A DNA stretch of 58,394 nt from a bacterium (GTDB lineage: Bacteria > UBA8248). Within the stretch, counting starts at the first letter, position 1. Each line of letters begins with the position of its first letter. Location: NCBI GenBank assembly GCA_965221165.1, contig CBDCRP010000001.1, positions 1 through 58,394 on the forward strand, in the 5' to 3' direction. Of this stretch, positions 9,625 to 20,690 are shown in pieces. The translations under genes were made by a program, and so were the position numbers. Under the pieces are notes generated by a model that was given only the letters and a program-made list of their open reading frames with translations, was not told the origin of the DNA and did no database searches.

Positions 9625-9728
9625 GCGTTGTGTCGTCAAATCTCTCTCATTGACCGGAATTGACGATGAAATTCTCGAACGCCTGGATTCGGCAAACCGC
9701 AATCGCTCCTTCATCGGTCGCGATTGAC

Positions 9729-9970
9729 CCTCATCGGTCGGCAGCCTCTCCCTCATCGGTCGGCAGCCTCTCCCTCATCGGTCGGCAGCCTCTCCCTCAT
9801 CGGTCGGCAGCCTCTCCCTCATCGGTCGGCAGCCTCTCCCTCATCGGTCGGCAGCCTCTCCCTCATCGGTCGGCAGCCTCTCCCTCATCGGTCGGCAGCC
9901 TCTCCCTCATCGGTCGGCAGCCTCTCCCTCATCGGTCGGCAGCCTCTCCCTCATCGGTCGGCAGCCTCTC
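9729..9970. repeat. Tandem array, 11 perfect copies of CCTCATCGGTCGGCAGCCTCTC (22 bp), with degenerate copies to ~10080
   Basis: Read directly from sequence; flanked by ~40-bp direct repeats CGGCAAACCGCAATCGCTCCTTCATCRGTCGCGATTGACC at ~9690 and 10041. Confidence 0.95.
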
Positions 9971-10160
9971 CCTCATCGGTCGAGGCTGACCCTCATCGGT
10001 CGAGGCTGACCCTCATCAGTCGCGATTGACCCTCATCGGTCGGCAAACCGCAATCGCTCCTTCATCAGTCGCGATTGACCCCGCAGTTGCCCGTGGCGGC
10101 GGGGTTCCGGGTCGGGTATGGTGGCGGCGCGAAAAAAATTCATCCCGAAATGAATATCTG

Positions 10161-10253
10161 AAAATAAGAGAAAATAAGAGAAAAAAGGTGAAAAACAGGG
10201 AAAATAAAGAAAAAGAACTGAAAATTTATCCGTTTGTTTTATTTGGAGTTATA
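10161..10253. other. Phased A-tract element, copy 1
   Basis: Seven consecutive decamers begin with AAAA (10161-10230); 10181-10253 matches 23138-23210 at 59/73 with no gaps. Confidence 0.8.
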
Positions 10254-10263
10254 CGTGAAAAGG

Positions 10264-10719
10264 ATGATTTTGAAGGGTAGTTTCTCTTGCGCCGCGCTCC
10301 TCGCCTGGGTTTTGCTCGCGGGTTCATCCCAGGCCGCTACTTTCGATCGGGGGGTGGTGCGGATCACCCAGGACGGGCGCGAGGCTGCGCTTTCGGTCGA
10401 GATCGCCCGGAGTTCCAAAGCCCGTGCGCAGGGTCTGATGGGCAGGGAGCGGCTGGCCGAAAACGCCGGGATGCTCTTTGTTTACAAAGGAAACGCGCGG
10501 CGTTTTTTCTGGATGAAGAACACGCGGATACCCCTCTCGCTCGCCTTTATCGACTCGAAGGGAGCGATTCTCGAGATCATCCATTTGCAGCCCCACAAGC
10601 GGGGGACGCGGATTCCTTCCTATCGCTCTCGTCACAAGGTTCGCTGGGTGCTGGAAGTGAACCAGGGCTGGTTTCTCAGAAACGGCTTCGGGCTGGGCGC
10701 GCGCGTGGTGTTGGAGTGA
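10264..10719 (+). CDS. DUF192 family exported protein
   Basis: VEIA...RAQGLMGRERL...GMLFVY...FWMKNTRIPLSLAFID...VLEVNQG; N-terminal signal peptide. Confidence 0.9.
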   Translation: MILKGSFSCAALLAWVLLAGSSQAATFDRGVVRITQDGREAALSVEIARSSKARAQGLMGRERLAENAGMLFVYKGNARRFFWMKNTRIPLSLAFIDSKGAILEIIHLQPHKRGTRIPSYRSRHKVRWVLEVNQGWFLRNGFGLGARVVLE

Positions 10720-10723
10720 GTGT

Positions 10724-11782
10724 CTAGGCGGGCGCTGTTTCGTGCGTTTTCTCGCCCAGGGGCAGCAGGGGCATGACTTCCGAGGCGAAGCGCTCCATCT
10801 CCTCGAACATGGGATGGAACTGGAGCAATAACAACTCCACCCCCGCCTCGTGAAACGCCATGATGCGCTCGGCGATGGTCTGAGGCGAGCCGACGAGGCC
10901 CGTCGCCGTGCCGCCGTTAGAACCCACGCCGCCCGCCTTCGCGCTCGTTTTCCTGTGCTGGGCGGCCCTGTCGACTCGCGTGAGCTTGGGCGGTTCGGTG
11001 ATGAGCGAGAAGAGGCGCGCGAGTTCCGCCTGGGCTTCCTCGTCGGTGTCGCGGCAGACGATGAACGAGCTCATCCCGTGGCGTATGGATCTCTCGTTGG
11101 CTTGCGCCTCGTGGTTCACGGCGGCCATCAGTTCTCTCGCGTCCGCTAGCGAGCGGCCGTTGAACAAAAAAACGTCCGCGGCCTTGCCTGCCAGCTTCAC
11201 GGCGGCTGTGGATTCACCACCGAAATAAAACGTGGGCCAGGGCTTGCGGACGGGCTTGGGCGCGGTGACGCCCTCGGTTATCTCGAAATACCTGCCCTTG
11301 AAGCTGAAGCTATCCTTCGTCCAGTAGCATTTGAGGATGCGCATGACTTCTTCCGAGAGGTCGTAGCGCTCATCGTGCGGCGGGAAGGGGATGCCCGCCA
11401 TCTCGTTCTCCTGCGCCCACCAGCCCGAGACGATGTTGATGGCGAAGCGCCCCCCGCTGATGCAATCGATGTTCGCCCCCATCTGGGCGACGAGCGAGGG
11501 GTGGCGGTAGGCGCTCTTGGCGGCGATGATGAGTTCGATTTTCTTCGTGATGGGCGCGAGGGCCGCCGCGGTTATCCAGGCCTCCAGAACGGGCGCGCCC
11601 ACGCCCTTGATGCTGTTGAGGCTCCTGTCGAGCAACAAGGTGGTCGCAAAGCCCAGTTCTTCTGCGCGCTGGATATAGCGCGCATTGTGGGCGAAGGAAG
11701 CCTCTTTCACCGTCTCGGGCTTTTCGATCCGCCCCAGAAACGTGCCCCATACGGGCGCCCACACCCCCATTTTCAGCGTCAT
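10724..11782 (-). CDS. Luciferase-like (LLM) flavin-dependent monooxygenase, SsuD/SfnG-like
   Basis: AEELGF, LEAWITAAALA, ANIDCISGGRFAINIVSGW, YFGGES and LVGSPQTIAERI motifs; RBS AGGAG before ATG 11782. Confidence 0.88.
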   Translation of the reverse strand: MTLKMGVWAPVWGTFLGRIEKPETVKEASFAHNARYIQRAEELGFATTLLLDRSLNSIKGVGAPVLEAWITAAALAPITKKIELIIAAKSAYRHPSLVAQMGANIDCISGGRFAINIVSGWWAQENEMAGIPFPPHDERYDLSEEVMRILKCYWTKDSFSFKGRYFEITEGVTAPKPVRKPWPTFYFGGESTAAVKLAGKAADVFLFNGRSLADARELMAAVNHEAQANERSIRHGMSSFIVCRDTDEEAQAELARLFSLITEPPKLTRVDRAAQHRKTSAKAGGVGSNGGTATGLVGSPQTIAERIMAFHEAGVELLLLQFHPMFEEMERFASEVMPLLPLGEKTHETAPA

Positions 11783-11867
11783 GGCTACTCCTCTCGACTC
11801 GGTGCGATAAGAGGAATTTATCATCAATTACGTGCGCAAGTCTTGTGCTTGACGTGTATTAGTCCAT

Positions 11868-12515
11868 TCAATGAACCGGCAAGGGATAAATGAGGCTGTC
11901 GTCATCTGTTTGACCCGTTAGCCATAGGAGGGTCGATTCCAGGTGCCGAAAACTTCTCGATTTTTCTCGCAGCCGGTCAAAATCCAATGCGGAAGTGAAT
12001 TTTATTTGGTCTCTGGTGGGTTTATAGGATTTATTCGCTTTCATGCGGCGTGATATATACCCTTTTGCGCCCACGATTTCTTCATGCTCATCATCTATGT
12101 TCCAATCGCTTAGATTCCATCCATACTCGGGGTATCGTTCCGCAATCAGATCGAGGCAAGAGACGAATAAAGATTCATACTCGGATTTGAAAAAAGCGAA
12201 GCCTACCTTCTTCGCCGGACTTTGTTTACGCACCCTTTCCGTAAACGCATGTACTTCATCCTTGGCGCATAAATCGTCGCAATCGAGCAATATCAGCAAC
12301 GAATCCCCGTCTTTCATCAAACCATACGTGATAAATTTTTCTAATTCGCCAGTTGAGCGAAGCTTCGGGATGTTTTGACGTCTAATTGGATCGGGAACGA
12401 TTGATAAATTGAAGATTTCATGCTCATGGGCAAGGTTTCTGATGAGTGCTGGAACGGCGTCTTTATCACCAGATCCCTCCAGGATGAGGAATGGATTTCG
12501 GCAATCTGAAATCAT
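11868..12515 (-). CDS. DUF4276-type TOPRIM-like protein
   Basis: LILEGSGD (TOPRIM Glu), ILLDCDD (DxD), EYESLF, YKPTRDQ and SRSFRHL motifs; start overlaps the ATPase stop (TAATG). Confidence 0.75.
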   Translation of the reverse strand: MISDCRNPFLILEGSGDKDAVPALIRNLAHEHEIFNLSIVPDPIRRQNIPKLRSTGELEKFITYGLMKDGDSLLILLDCDDLCAKDEVHAFTERVRKQSPAKKVGFAFFKSEYESLFVSCLDLIAERYPEYGWNLSDWNIDDEHEEIVGAKGYISRRMKANKSYKPTRDQIKFTSALDFDRLREKSRSFRHLESTLLWLTGQTDDDSLIYPLPVH

Positions 12516-13705
12516 TATCCATGGATGCCTTCAATCGACATCAACTCTCCTAGAGTAAACAGACGCTCTCTCGCCGCAGTCAATTGAGATTCGTTCAGTT
12601 TGCCGGCTTTTGTAATCCCGTCCTGCAGTTCAACGGTGATAATTTGCTCGGGCTGGAAATAATCTAGGAATTCCGGACTGTGCGTGGTGACCAGAATCTG
12701 GGTAGTTTGGGACACTTCCTCAATCGAGTCCGTAATCAATTGAAATGCGCCAGGATGAACTGTTAGTTCCGGTTCCTCCAGTGCGATGGTGTCCGGCTTC
12801 GGCTCCTGATACAAAGCGACCAGAAGCCCGAGTATCCTGAGCGTGCCGTCCGACATCTGGTTCACGTTGAAGGTGTGGGTTTTATTCTTGTTTTGTTTGC
12901 CCATGCGAAATTGGGGCGTCAAATAACCGGCAACGCTGTGGACGTTGATGTTGTCGAGGCCGGGTACTATCAATTTGAGGGAATTGACGATTTCCGAGAT
13001 CGCTTCAGTGCGTCTTTTTCTTCTCATTTGCTTTAATATAGATGTCAGGTTGTTTCCGTGTGATTCCAGATAAGTCTCGTTGCTCTGATTTTGGGGATCG
13101 CGCAATGTATTGGGAAAGATGGAGTATGATTCGAAATCTTCCAGCATCCTCCTGAGTGGCGCGAAGAAATAGGCATATCGTGAGTTCAGAAAAAAGTCAT
13201 CGGGAACTTCCGTGGGATATTCTTCTGTCCGTTCGTTCTCATCGATGTAATGGAGGACTTTTGTGTTTTCAGACGGTTTTCTCATAAAGCTATAGTGACG
13301 TTCACGATCTTCTAATTCAAGATTTTCGGCAGAAGCCATTCCTGCCAACGGATTTGTTCTGGGGTAATAGTCGATTTTTCCAGATTCGTTCAGGATTTCG
13401 AATCCATCCCGAAGGGAATGCAGGGTAAAGGAGAATTTTCCTGTCCATCCCGCCTGTGACGTCTCGATTGCCAGAGAAACATCATAAGGTTTCGTAGGCG
13501 ACCATTGGCGTATCGTCTGAATGCCGTGTCGGTCATGAACCGCTTGGTCGAGACCATTTTTAATAGCATCCCGGATGAATGCAATCGAATCTATAATGTT
13601 ACTTTTGCCGACCCCGTTCGGACCGACGAGGACGTTGATATCGCCAAGATTCAACTCGATATTCTCTATGCTTCTGTAATGGCGAATGGTGAGTTTGGTA
13701 ATCAA
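12515..13705 (-). CDS. ABC/AAA_21-type ATPase
   Basis: Walker A GPNGVGKSN, signature MSDGT, Walker B/D-loop IALEEPE, H-loop VTTHSPE; TTG start. Confidence 0.9.
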   Translation of the reverse strand: MITKLTIRHYRSIENIELNLGDINVLVGPNGVGKSNIIDSIAFIRDAIKNGLDQAVHDRHGIQTIRQWSPTKPYDVSLAIETSQAGWTGKFSFTLHSLRDGFEILNESGKIDYYPRTNPLAGMASAENLELEDRERHYSFMRKPSENTKVLHYIDENERTEEYPTEVPDDFFLNSRYAYFFAPLRRMLEDFESYSIFPNTLRDPQNQSNETYLESHGNNLTSILKQMRRKRRTEAISEIVNSLKLIVPGLDNINVHSVAGYLTPQFRMGKQNKNKTHTFNVNQMSDGTLRILGLLVALYQEPKPDTIALEEPELTVHPGAFQLITDSIEEVSQTTQILVTTHSPEFLDYFQPEQIITVELQDGITKAGKLNESQLTAARERLFTLGELMSIEGIHG

Positions 13706-13754
13706 TCAACACAACCCCATGAATGCGCAACTCAAATGTATTGTTTCCGAATCA

Positions 13755-13783
13755 ATTATAGCTTCTTGTGTCTGTGTTTTCCA
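13755..13783 (-). promoter_or_regulatory. Putative promoter for the ATPase-DUF4276 pair
   Basis: Minus strand TGGAAA-17 bp-TATAAT, immediately downstream of the thiC terminator. Confidence 0.5.
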
Positions 13784-13789
13784 TGCAAC

Positions 13790-13826
13790 GAAAACCCCGC
13801 CAGGGCCAATGCCCGGGCGGGGTTTC
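13790..13826 (-). terminator. Rho-independent terminator after thiC
   Basis: GAAACCCCGCCCGGGC-loop-GCCCTGGCGGGGTTTT hairpin about 27 bp after the stop. Confidence 0.8.
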
Positions 13827-13852
13827 ATACGGCGAGGTAGTTACAGGTCGGC

Positions 13853-15843
<1,991 letters not shown>

Positions 15844-15856
15844 CTTGTACGTTCGA

Positions 15857-15885
15857 AGAGTAGCAGTCGTTTCACCGGGAGTCAA
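15857..15885 (-). promoter_or_regulatory. Sigma70 promoter for riboswitch-thiC
   Basis: TTGACT-17 bp-TACTCT on the minus strand, just before the aptamer. Confidence 0.75.
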
Positions 15886-16158
15886 AAGGCAAACCGGACC
15901 GCAAAGGCGATTTTACCGGCATTTTATAGTGGCGGGAGGCAAGTTTTGTTATCATGATTCGGGCGTCCCGGGAATTATCCGGGCCGGGCCGCGCCGCCGG
16001 AAGCCTTTTTATGCGCATGCCATTCTCCTCGGAGCGGTTGCCGTCGCCCTGGTGGAAAGCCCCATGGCTCCATCATGGGAGATGGCGGTCGAGGCGATAG
16101 TTTTGCCGATTATCGGCATGGAGCGGGATGAGAGATTGACCCGCGTACGGGAGGGCCC

Positions 16159-18054
16159 ATGCAGTCGAGCGTGAAATGGGGTTGGGCCTGCGCCATCGCC
16201 GCAGCCGCGTTTCTTATCTTCGCGGGCACGTTTTCGAACCCGTTCTTGCATGACGACGTCGCCGTCATCGGCGAGAATCCTCTCGTCAGGGAGAGCGGCC
16301 GCCTGCTGGAGGTCTTTCAGCACGACTATTGGGCCGTGCTGGAGACGAGCGAGCGAAGAGACCGCCTCTACCGGCCCGTCACCATCGCTTCTTTTGCGCT
16401 GAACCACGCCCTGGGCGGGATGGATACGGCGGGCTACAGAATCGTCAACGCGCTGTTTCATGCCCTGGCTTGCGTCGCGCTCTTCTGGCTTTGTCTGCGC
16501 TTCGGGCTTGCCCCCGGCGCCGCGGGAGCCGTTTCCCTGCTGTTCGCGCTTCATCCGGTGCACACCGAGGCGGTGAACGCCGTCGTCGCGCGCGCCGACC
16601 TGATGGCCGCCGTGGGCGTGTTCGGGGGATTGGGCCTTCTCATGGGGGTCGCGCTTCCTCGCGCGAATCCCCGCGAAATGCAGGAGGGCCGGAAGAGTGG
16701 AGAAGATGAAGACGCCTCATACCGGAACTTACTCGCGCCGGTCGGCCTCACGTGCGCGCTATGCCTCTTCGCGCTGCTGTCCAAGGAAATCGGCGTCGCC
16801 CTGTTGTTCAGCGCCCTCTTGTGGTGGCTCTGGGGCCGGTATGCGCCGGGAGAGACCGGGCGCCCGCCTCCCAAGCACACACTCATCGCCGTCTGCGCGC
16901 TCGCCCTCGTGCTCGTCATATACGTGTGGATGCGCTACGCCGCCTTAGGGATGCTGGCGCGGCCCTATCCGCCGTCCAGACTCGACAACGTTCTTGCGCT
17001 GATGCCGGCGGGCGGGCGAATCCTGGGCGCTCTCGGCGTGTTGGGCCGCTATTTCAAACTCCTGGTCTGGCCCTGGCCCTTGAGCATGGATTATTCCTAC
17101 GCGCAGATTCCCGTGGAAGGGGCGGAAGCCGCTCTCTGGACGGCGGCGGGGGCCTTAGGCCTGTTGGGGTGGGGCTATGCCGCCTGGCGTTTTCGAAAGA
17201 CCATGCCGTGGATAGCTTTCGGGCTGGTCGTTTTTATCGGGGCCTACCTTCCCGTGAGCAATTTGCTGATCCCCATGGGCACGATCATGGCGGAGCGGGT
17301 GCTCTATATCCCCTCGGCCGGTTTCCTGATCGCCCTCGTACCGACGGTGGGCGCGCGCCTCGCCAGGGGAGACTGGCGGATTGGCGCCGCGCTGCTCGTG
17401 GGCGTGTGTCTGGTATTCGGCGCGCTGACGATAAAGAGAAACCACGAGTGGGGCGACGCGCTTCGTTTCTGGCGGCGCACGGCCGAGGCGTCGCCTAAAA
17501 GCGCGCGCGCGCTCAGGGTGTATGGCCAAGCCCTGATCGACCGGAAAAAGTTTCGGGAAGCGATTGCGCCGCTCAAAAGATCCGTCGAGATATATCCCGT
17601 CTACGATTACGCCTGGGTGGATTTAGGCATCGCGCAGATGCAGAGCGGCGATGCGGCCGCCGCCGAAACTTCTCTCAAGCGCGCCTTGGGGCTCAACGAC
17701 GAGAACGCGGAGGGCCACCTCGCCCTGGGGGCGCTCTATATGGGCGCTGCGCGCGGCGATCTGGCGAGGCCCCGTTTCGAGCGCGCGATAGGCCTCAAAC
17801 CGACGCTGGTGGAGGCGCGCTTCAACCTGGGCACCCTGTACCTCAAGGCGGGCCTGCGGCGTCTGGCGATAGGGCAGTTCAGGGCGGCGCTGAGGCTCAG
17901 GCCCGACCACGGGGGCGCGCATCACAATCTGGCGCTGGCCTTGTATCTGGAGGGCGACCGCAAGGGCGCCCGAAGGCACGCGCGAGAGGCCGGCAGGTTC
18001 GGCGCGCCGCTTCACCCGAAACTCATGAGTGAGTTGGGACGCACCCGGCCTTGA
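16159..18054 (+). CDS. TMTC-like (DUF1736) membrane glycosyltransferase with C-terminal TPR repeats
   Basis: FLHDD loop, DYW, LYRPVT, HPVHTEAV...RADL, LSKE, LSMDYS and MAERVLYIPS motifs; many TM helices; TPRs after ~aa 440. Confidence 0.82.
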   Translation: MQSSVKWGWACAIAAAAFLIFAGTFSNPFLHDDVAVIGENPLVRESGRLLEVFQHDYWAVLETSERRDRLYRPVTIASFALNHALGGMDTAGYRIVNALFHALACVALFWLCLRFGLAPGAAGAVSLLFALHPVHTEAVNAVVARADLMAAVGVFGGLGLLMGVALPRANPREMQEGRKSGEDEDASYRNLLAPVGLTCALCLFALLSKEIGVALLFSALLWWLWGRYAPGETGRPPPKHTLIAVCALALVLVIYVWMRYAALGMLARPYPPSRLDNVLALMPAGGRILGALGVLGRYFKLLVWPWPLSMDYSYAQIPVEGAEAALWTAAGALGLLGWGYAAWRFRKTMPWIAFGLVVFIGAYLPVSNLLIPMGTIMAERVLYIPSAGFLIALVPTVGARLARGDWRIGAALLVGVCLVFGALTIKRNHEWGDALRFWRRTAEASPKSARALRVYGQALIDRKKFREAIAPLKRSVEIYPVYDYAWVDLGIAQMQSGDAAAAETSLKRALGLNDENAEGHLALGALYMGAARGDLARPRFERAIGLKPTLVEARFNLGTLYLKAGLRRLAIGQFRAALRLRPDHGGAHHNLALALYLEGDRKGARRHAREAGRFGAPLHPKLMSELGRTRP

Positions 18055-18278
18055 GGCCGAGGCGCGCCCCGCGCTTCGGGCAGGGAGGGTTTTCCCGCGG
18101 TGCGGAGGGCAAACTTGCTTTCTGCTTCTCACGCGGTATATTTGTAGGTATTCGGGGCATGCGTCCGGGGGCTTTCGGTCCTCGATAAAAAATAATGACT
18201 GATCGATCCTCCAGAGCCATGCTCCGCTGCGGAGCGGTCCCGGCGCGGCCGGAGTCTTTCCGAAGAGCGTCTCTTCAT

Positions 18279-20207
18279 ATGAGGGTTTTCATGATTTTAC
18301 ACGTAGTCAAGAAGGCGCCGGCCCTCCTGCTCGCGCTCATGATTTTCCTCGGCGCATCCGCCTGCCCGGTTCGCGCGCAAGAGACGGATTATCGCAAGGC
18401 GCTCGGCGTCATCGGCGACAAGCTGCACCAGAGGTTTCCGAATCTGCGCGGCGCGGTGGTCGCCGTCAAGGGGGCGGACCTCTATCTCAGCATGGGCGAG
18501 AAGGATAATGCGGCCAAAGGGGTAAAGCTCAACCTCTACCGCAAGGGCGCGCTGTTTCGCCACCCGACGACGGGCGTCGTCCTCGGTGCGCTGGAAGAGG
18601 AAATAGGCGAGGTCGAGGTCGTGGACGTGCGGGAGAAATTCTCCATCGCCCGCCTGGTTCGCCTCAAGCCGGGCACGGAACTGTCTCCGCGCGTCAAGGA
18701 CACGGTGCGCATGTCCGCCTCGAAAATTCGCCTGGCGGTACTGCCTTTCGTCAACAAGACGAAAGAGTCCTTCAACATGGAAGCGCTCACGGGGGAACTG
18801 GGACGCAGGCTCCTGAAAAGCGGACGATTCGACGTCTACGATGCGGATCGCTTGGAGGTATGGCTCCTGGAGAGCGGCATCGCCGCCGATGAAATACTCA
18901 AAGGCCGGAACCCGATTCGTCTGCGGAACCAGATACGCTCCGATATGGCTCTCGATAGCGAGGTGCGCGAAATCCGGGGGAAGAAAATCCTCTCCACCCG
19001 TCTTTTGTCCCTCACGACGAGAGAAGAGATTTTCAAGGCCGTATCGATTGCGGACGAATTGCCCTTCAAGCAAGGCCTACCCAAAGAACAGGAGCTCAGG
19101 CGCGGCGAGGGCGGGGGGCGCCCCGGCCAGGCCAATGAGAGTTTCGTGCTCAGCCGCCAGGGCGTGCCCGGCGGCGGCGGCGGCGTGAAGAGCTACCAGT
19201 TCGACAAAATCTCTTTCCGGGGCATGTCCGTCGCGGACGTGGACGGTGACGGAAAAAAGGAAGTCGTCCTCATCACGCCGGACCGGGTCATCGTCTACCG
19301 GTTCGAAGGCGGGGGGATGCGCGAGATCGCCCGCTTCGATGAGGGAGCGGCGAATGATTTCCGGTGGATCGACGTCGCCGACATGAACGGCGACGGAGCG
19401 CCCGAGTTTTATCTCGCCAACTATCGCTCCGGTGAGTTGCTCTCGATGGTGTTGCAGTTCAAGGGCGGGAAATTCGTCTCCCTCCTCAGGAACGACAGGA
19501 CGTTCTACAGGCTGATTCGGGTCCGCAAGCCCGCGAAGGGCGCTAAAATTCCCGATGCGCAAGCCTATCTGCTCCTGGGGCAAAGGGCAGGATTCGACAA
19601 AGCCTTCGAGGGAGCCGTTCATCGCTACCGCTGGTCGGGAGGAAAGCTCGTATCGGCCGGTCCCTATCCGCTTCCGCCCGGGCTGAATATATTGGGTTTC
19701 GGCTTGTGGGACGTCGACAAGAACGGCGGGTTGGACGTCATCGAGGTGGGAGAGGACGACAGGATCAGGATGTTCTCGGGGCGCGGCGACGAGGTGTACG
19801 CCAGTTCGGAAAAATACGGCGCGCCCGTCCATAAATTCATGTCCCAGGCCAATGAGGAAAGCACCGGCGATCCGGTGCATACGCCGGATCTCCCCATACG
19901 CTCGCGCGTGCTGGTGGCAGACGTCGACAAGGACGGGGTGAATGAGGTTTTGGTGATCCGCAACCAATACGCCGCCCCCATTGCGCCGGGTCTGGGGATT
20001 TCGGGGGGACAGATCGTGAGCCTGATATGGGATGGCGCCGGATTGTATGAAACCTGGCGCTCGCAGAAATTGAACCGGGGAATCGTGGATTTCGCCCTGG
20101 ACGACGCCGACAACGACGGCTCCGTGGATTTGGTGGTGGCCGCGACGGATTCGGGCCTCCTGGCCGGCGTGAAGAGCCGACTCTTTTTCTACAAAATCAG
20201 GGAATAA
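18279..20207 (+). CDS. Exported FG-GAP/VCBS repeat protein
   Basis: Signal peptide; repeated DVDGDGKKEV, DMNGDGAPE, DVDKNGGLD, DVDKDGVNEV and DADNDGSVDL motifs; N-terminal LAVLPF (CsgG/TolB-N-like) region. Start uncertain (18195/18279/18291). Confidence 0.8.
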   Translation: MRVFMILHVVKKAPALLLALMIFLGASACPVRAQETDYRKALGVIGDKLHQRFPNLRGAVVAVKGADLYLSMGEKDNAAKGVKLNLYRKGALFRHPTTGVVLGALEEEIGEVEVVDVREKFSIARLVRLKPGTELSPRVKDTVRMSASKIRLAVLPFVNKTKESFNMEALTGELGRRLLKSGRFDVYDADRLEVWLLESGIAADEILKGRNPIRLRNQIRSDMALDSEVREIRGKKILSTRLLSLTTREEIFKAVSIADELPFKQGLPKEQELRRGEGGGRPGQANESFVLSRQGVPGGGGGVKSYQFDKISFRGMSVADVDGDGKKEVVLITPDRVIVYRFEGGGMREIARFDEGAANDFRWIDVADMNGDGAPEFYLANYRSGELLSMVLQFKGGKFVSLLRNDRTFYRLIRVRKPAKGAKIPDAQAYLLLGQRAGFDKAFEGAVHRYRWSGGKLVSAGPYPLPPGLNILGFGLWDVDKNGGLDVIEVGEDDRIRMFSGRGDEVYASSEKYGAPVHKFMSQANEESTGDPVHTPDLPIRSRVLVADVDKDGVNEVLVIRNQYAAPIAPGLGISGGQIVSLIWDGAGLYETWRSQKLNRGIVDFALDDADNDGSVDLVVAATDSGLLAGVKSRLFFYKIRE

Positions 20208-20429
20208 ATAAAGGAACGGATTCTCTCGAATACGCGCCACCCTCGCGCGCCGTATCGAGGGTTTGACCCTACCGAGGAGGGAGGGTCAAACGGGGCCCTT
20301 CGATACAAACGCTCCTTTCTCAGTCGCGTTTGACCTTCGGCGGCTACTCAGGGTGAGGCCGATACGGCGGCCATGCAAGACGAGGGTTTGACGCGACCAA
20401 TGAGGGAGGGATTGCTTCTTGCCTTCGTT

Positions 20430-20572
20430 CGTCATTCCGGCGCATGCCGGAATCCATGTGTTTTGCCTTTGTTTTTTATTTTCTGATTGATTCCCGCCAA
20501 TGAGGGGGAGATGAAAAGCCGGAGTATTGCCATTCCGCCCGGCAATGGATTCCGGCATGCGCCGGAATGACG
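20430..20572. repeat. Inverted pair of GTCATTCCGGC-type palindromic repeats (same family as 9468-9624)
   Basis: Perfect 28-bp inverted repeat, 20430-20457 and 20545-20572. Confidence 0.85.
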
Positions 20573-20661
20573 GGCGGTGGTCAATTCTTAGCGGGGAGGG
20601 GTTTTTCAACAACCCCGATGCGGGGGAGGGTGATTTTTTTGATTTTCGGGGATATTGTTTG

Positions 20662-20690
20662 TTGACAAAAAGTATTATCTTCTCTATTCT
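20662..20690 (+). promoter_or_regulatory. Sigma70 promoter for the porin gene
   Basis: TTGACA-17 bp-TATTCT. Confidence 0.75.

Noticed and set aside
8788-9756. 322-aa minus-strand ORF as an intact integrase
   Set aside because: Only the central ~100 aa are integrase-like; the rest is REP-derived and the catalytic residues are absent.
9660-10029. Repetitive ORFs (SLIGRQPLPHRSAASPSSVG)n
   Set aside because: Translation artefacts of a 22-bp unit that is not a multiple of three; no RBS.
9729-10253. CRISPR array with AT-rich leader
   Set aside because: Repeats are directly tandem with no unique spacers, and no cas genes lie in the window.
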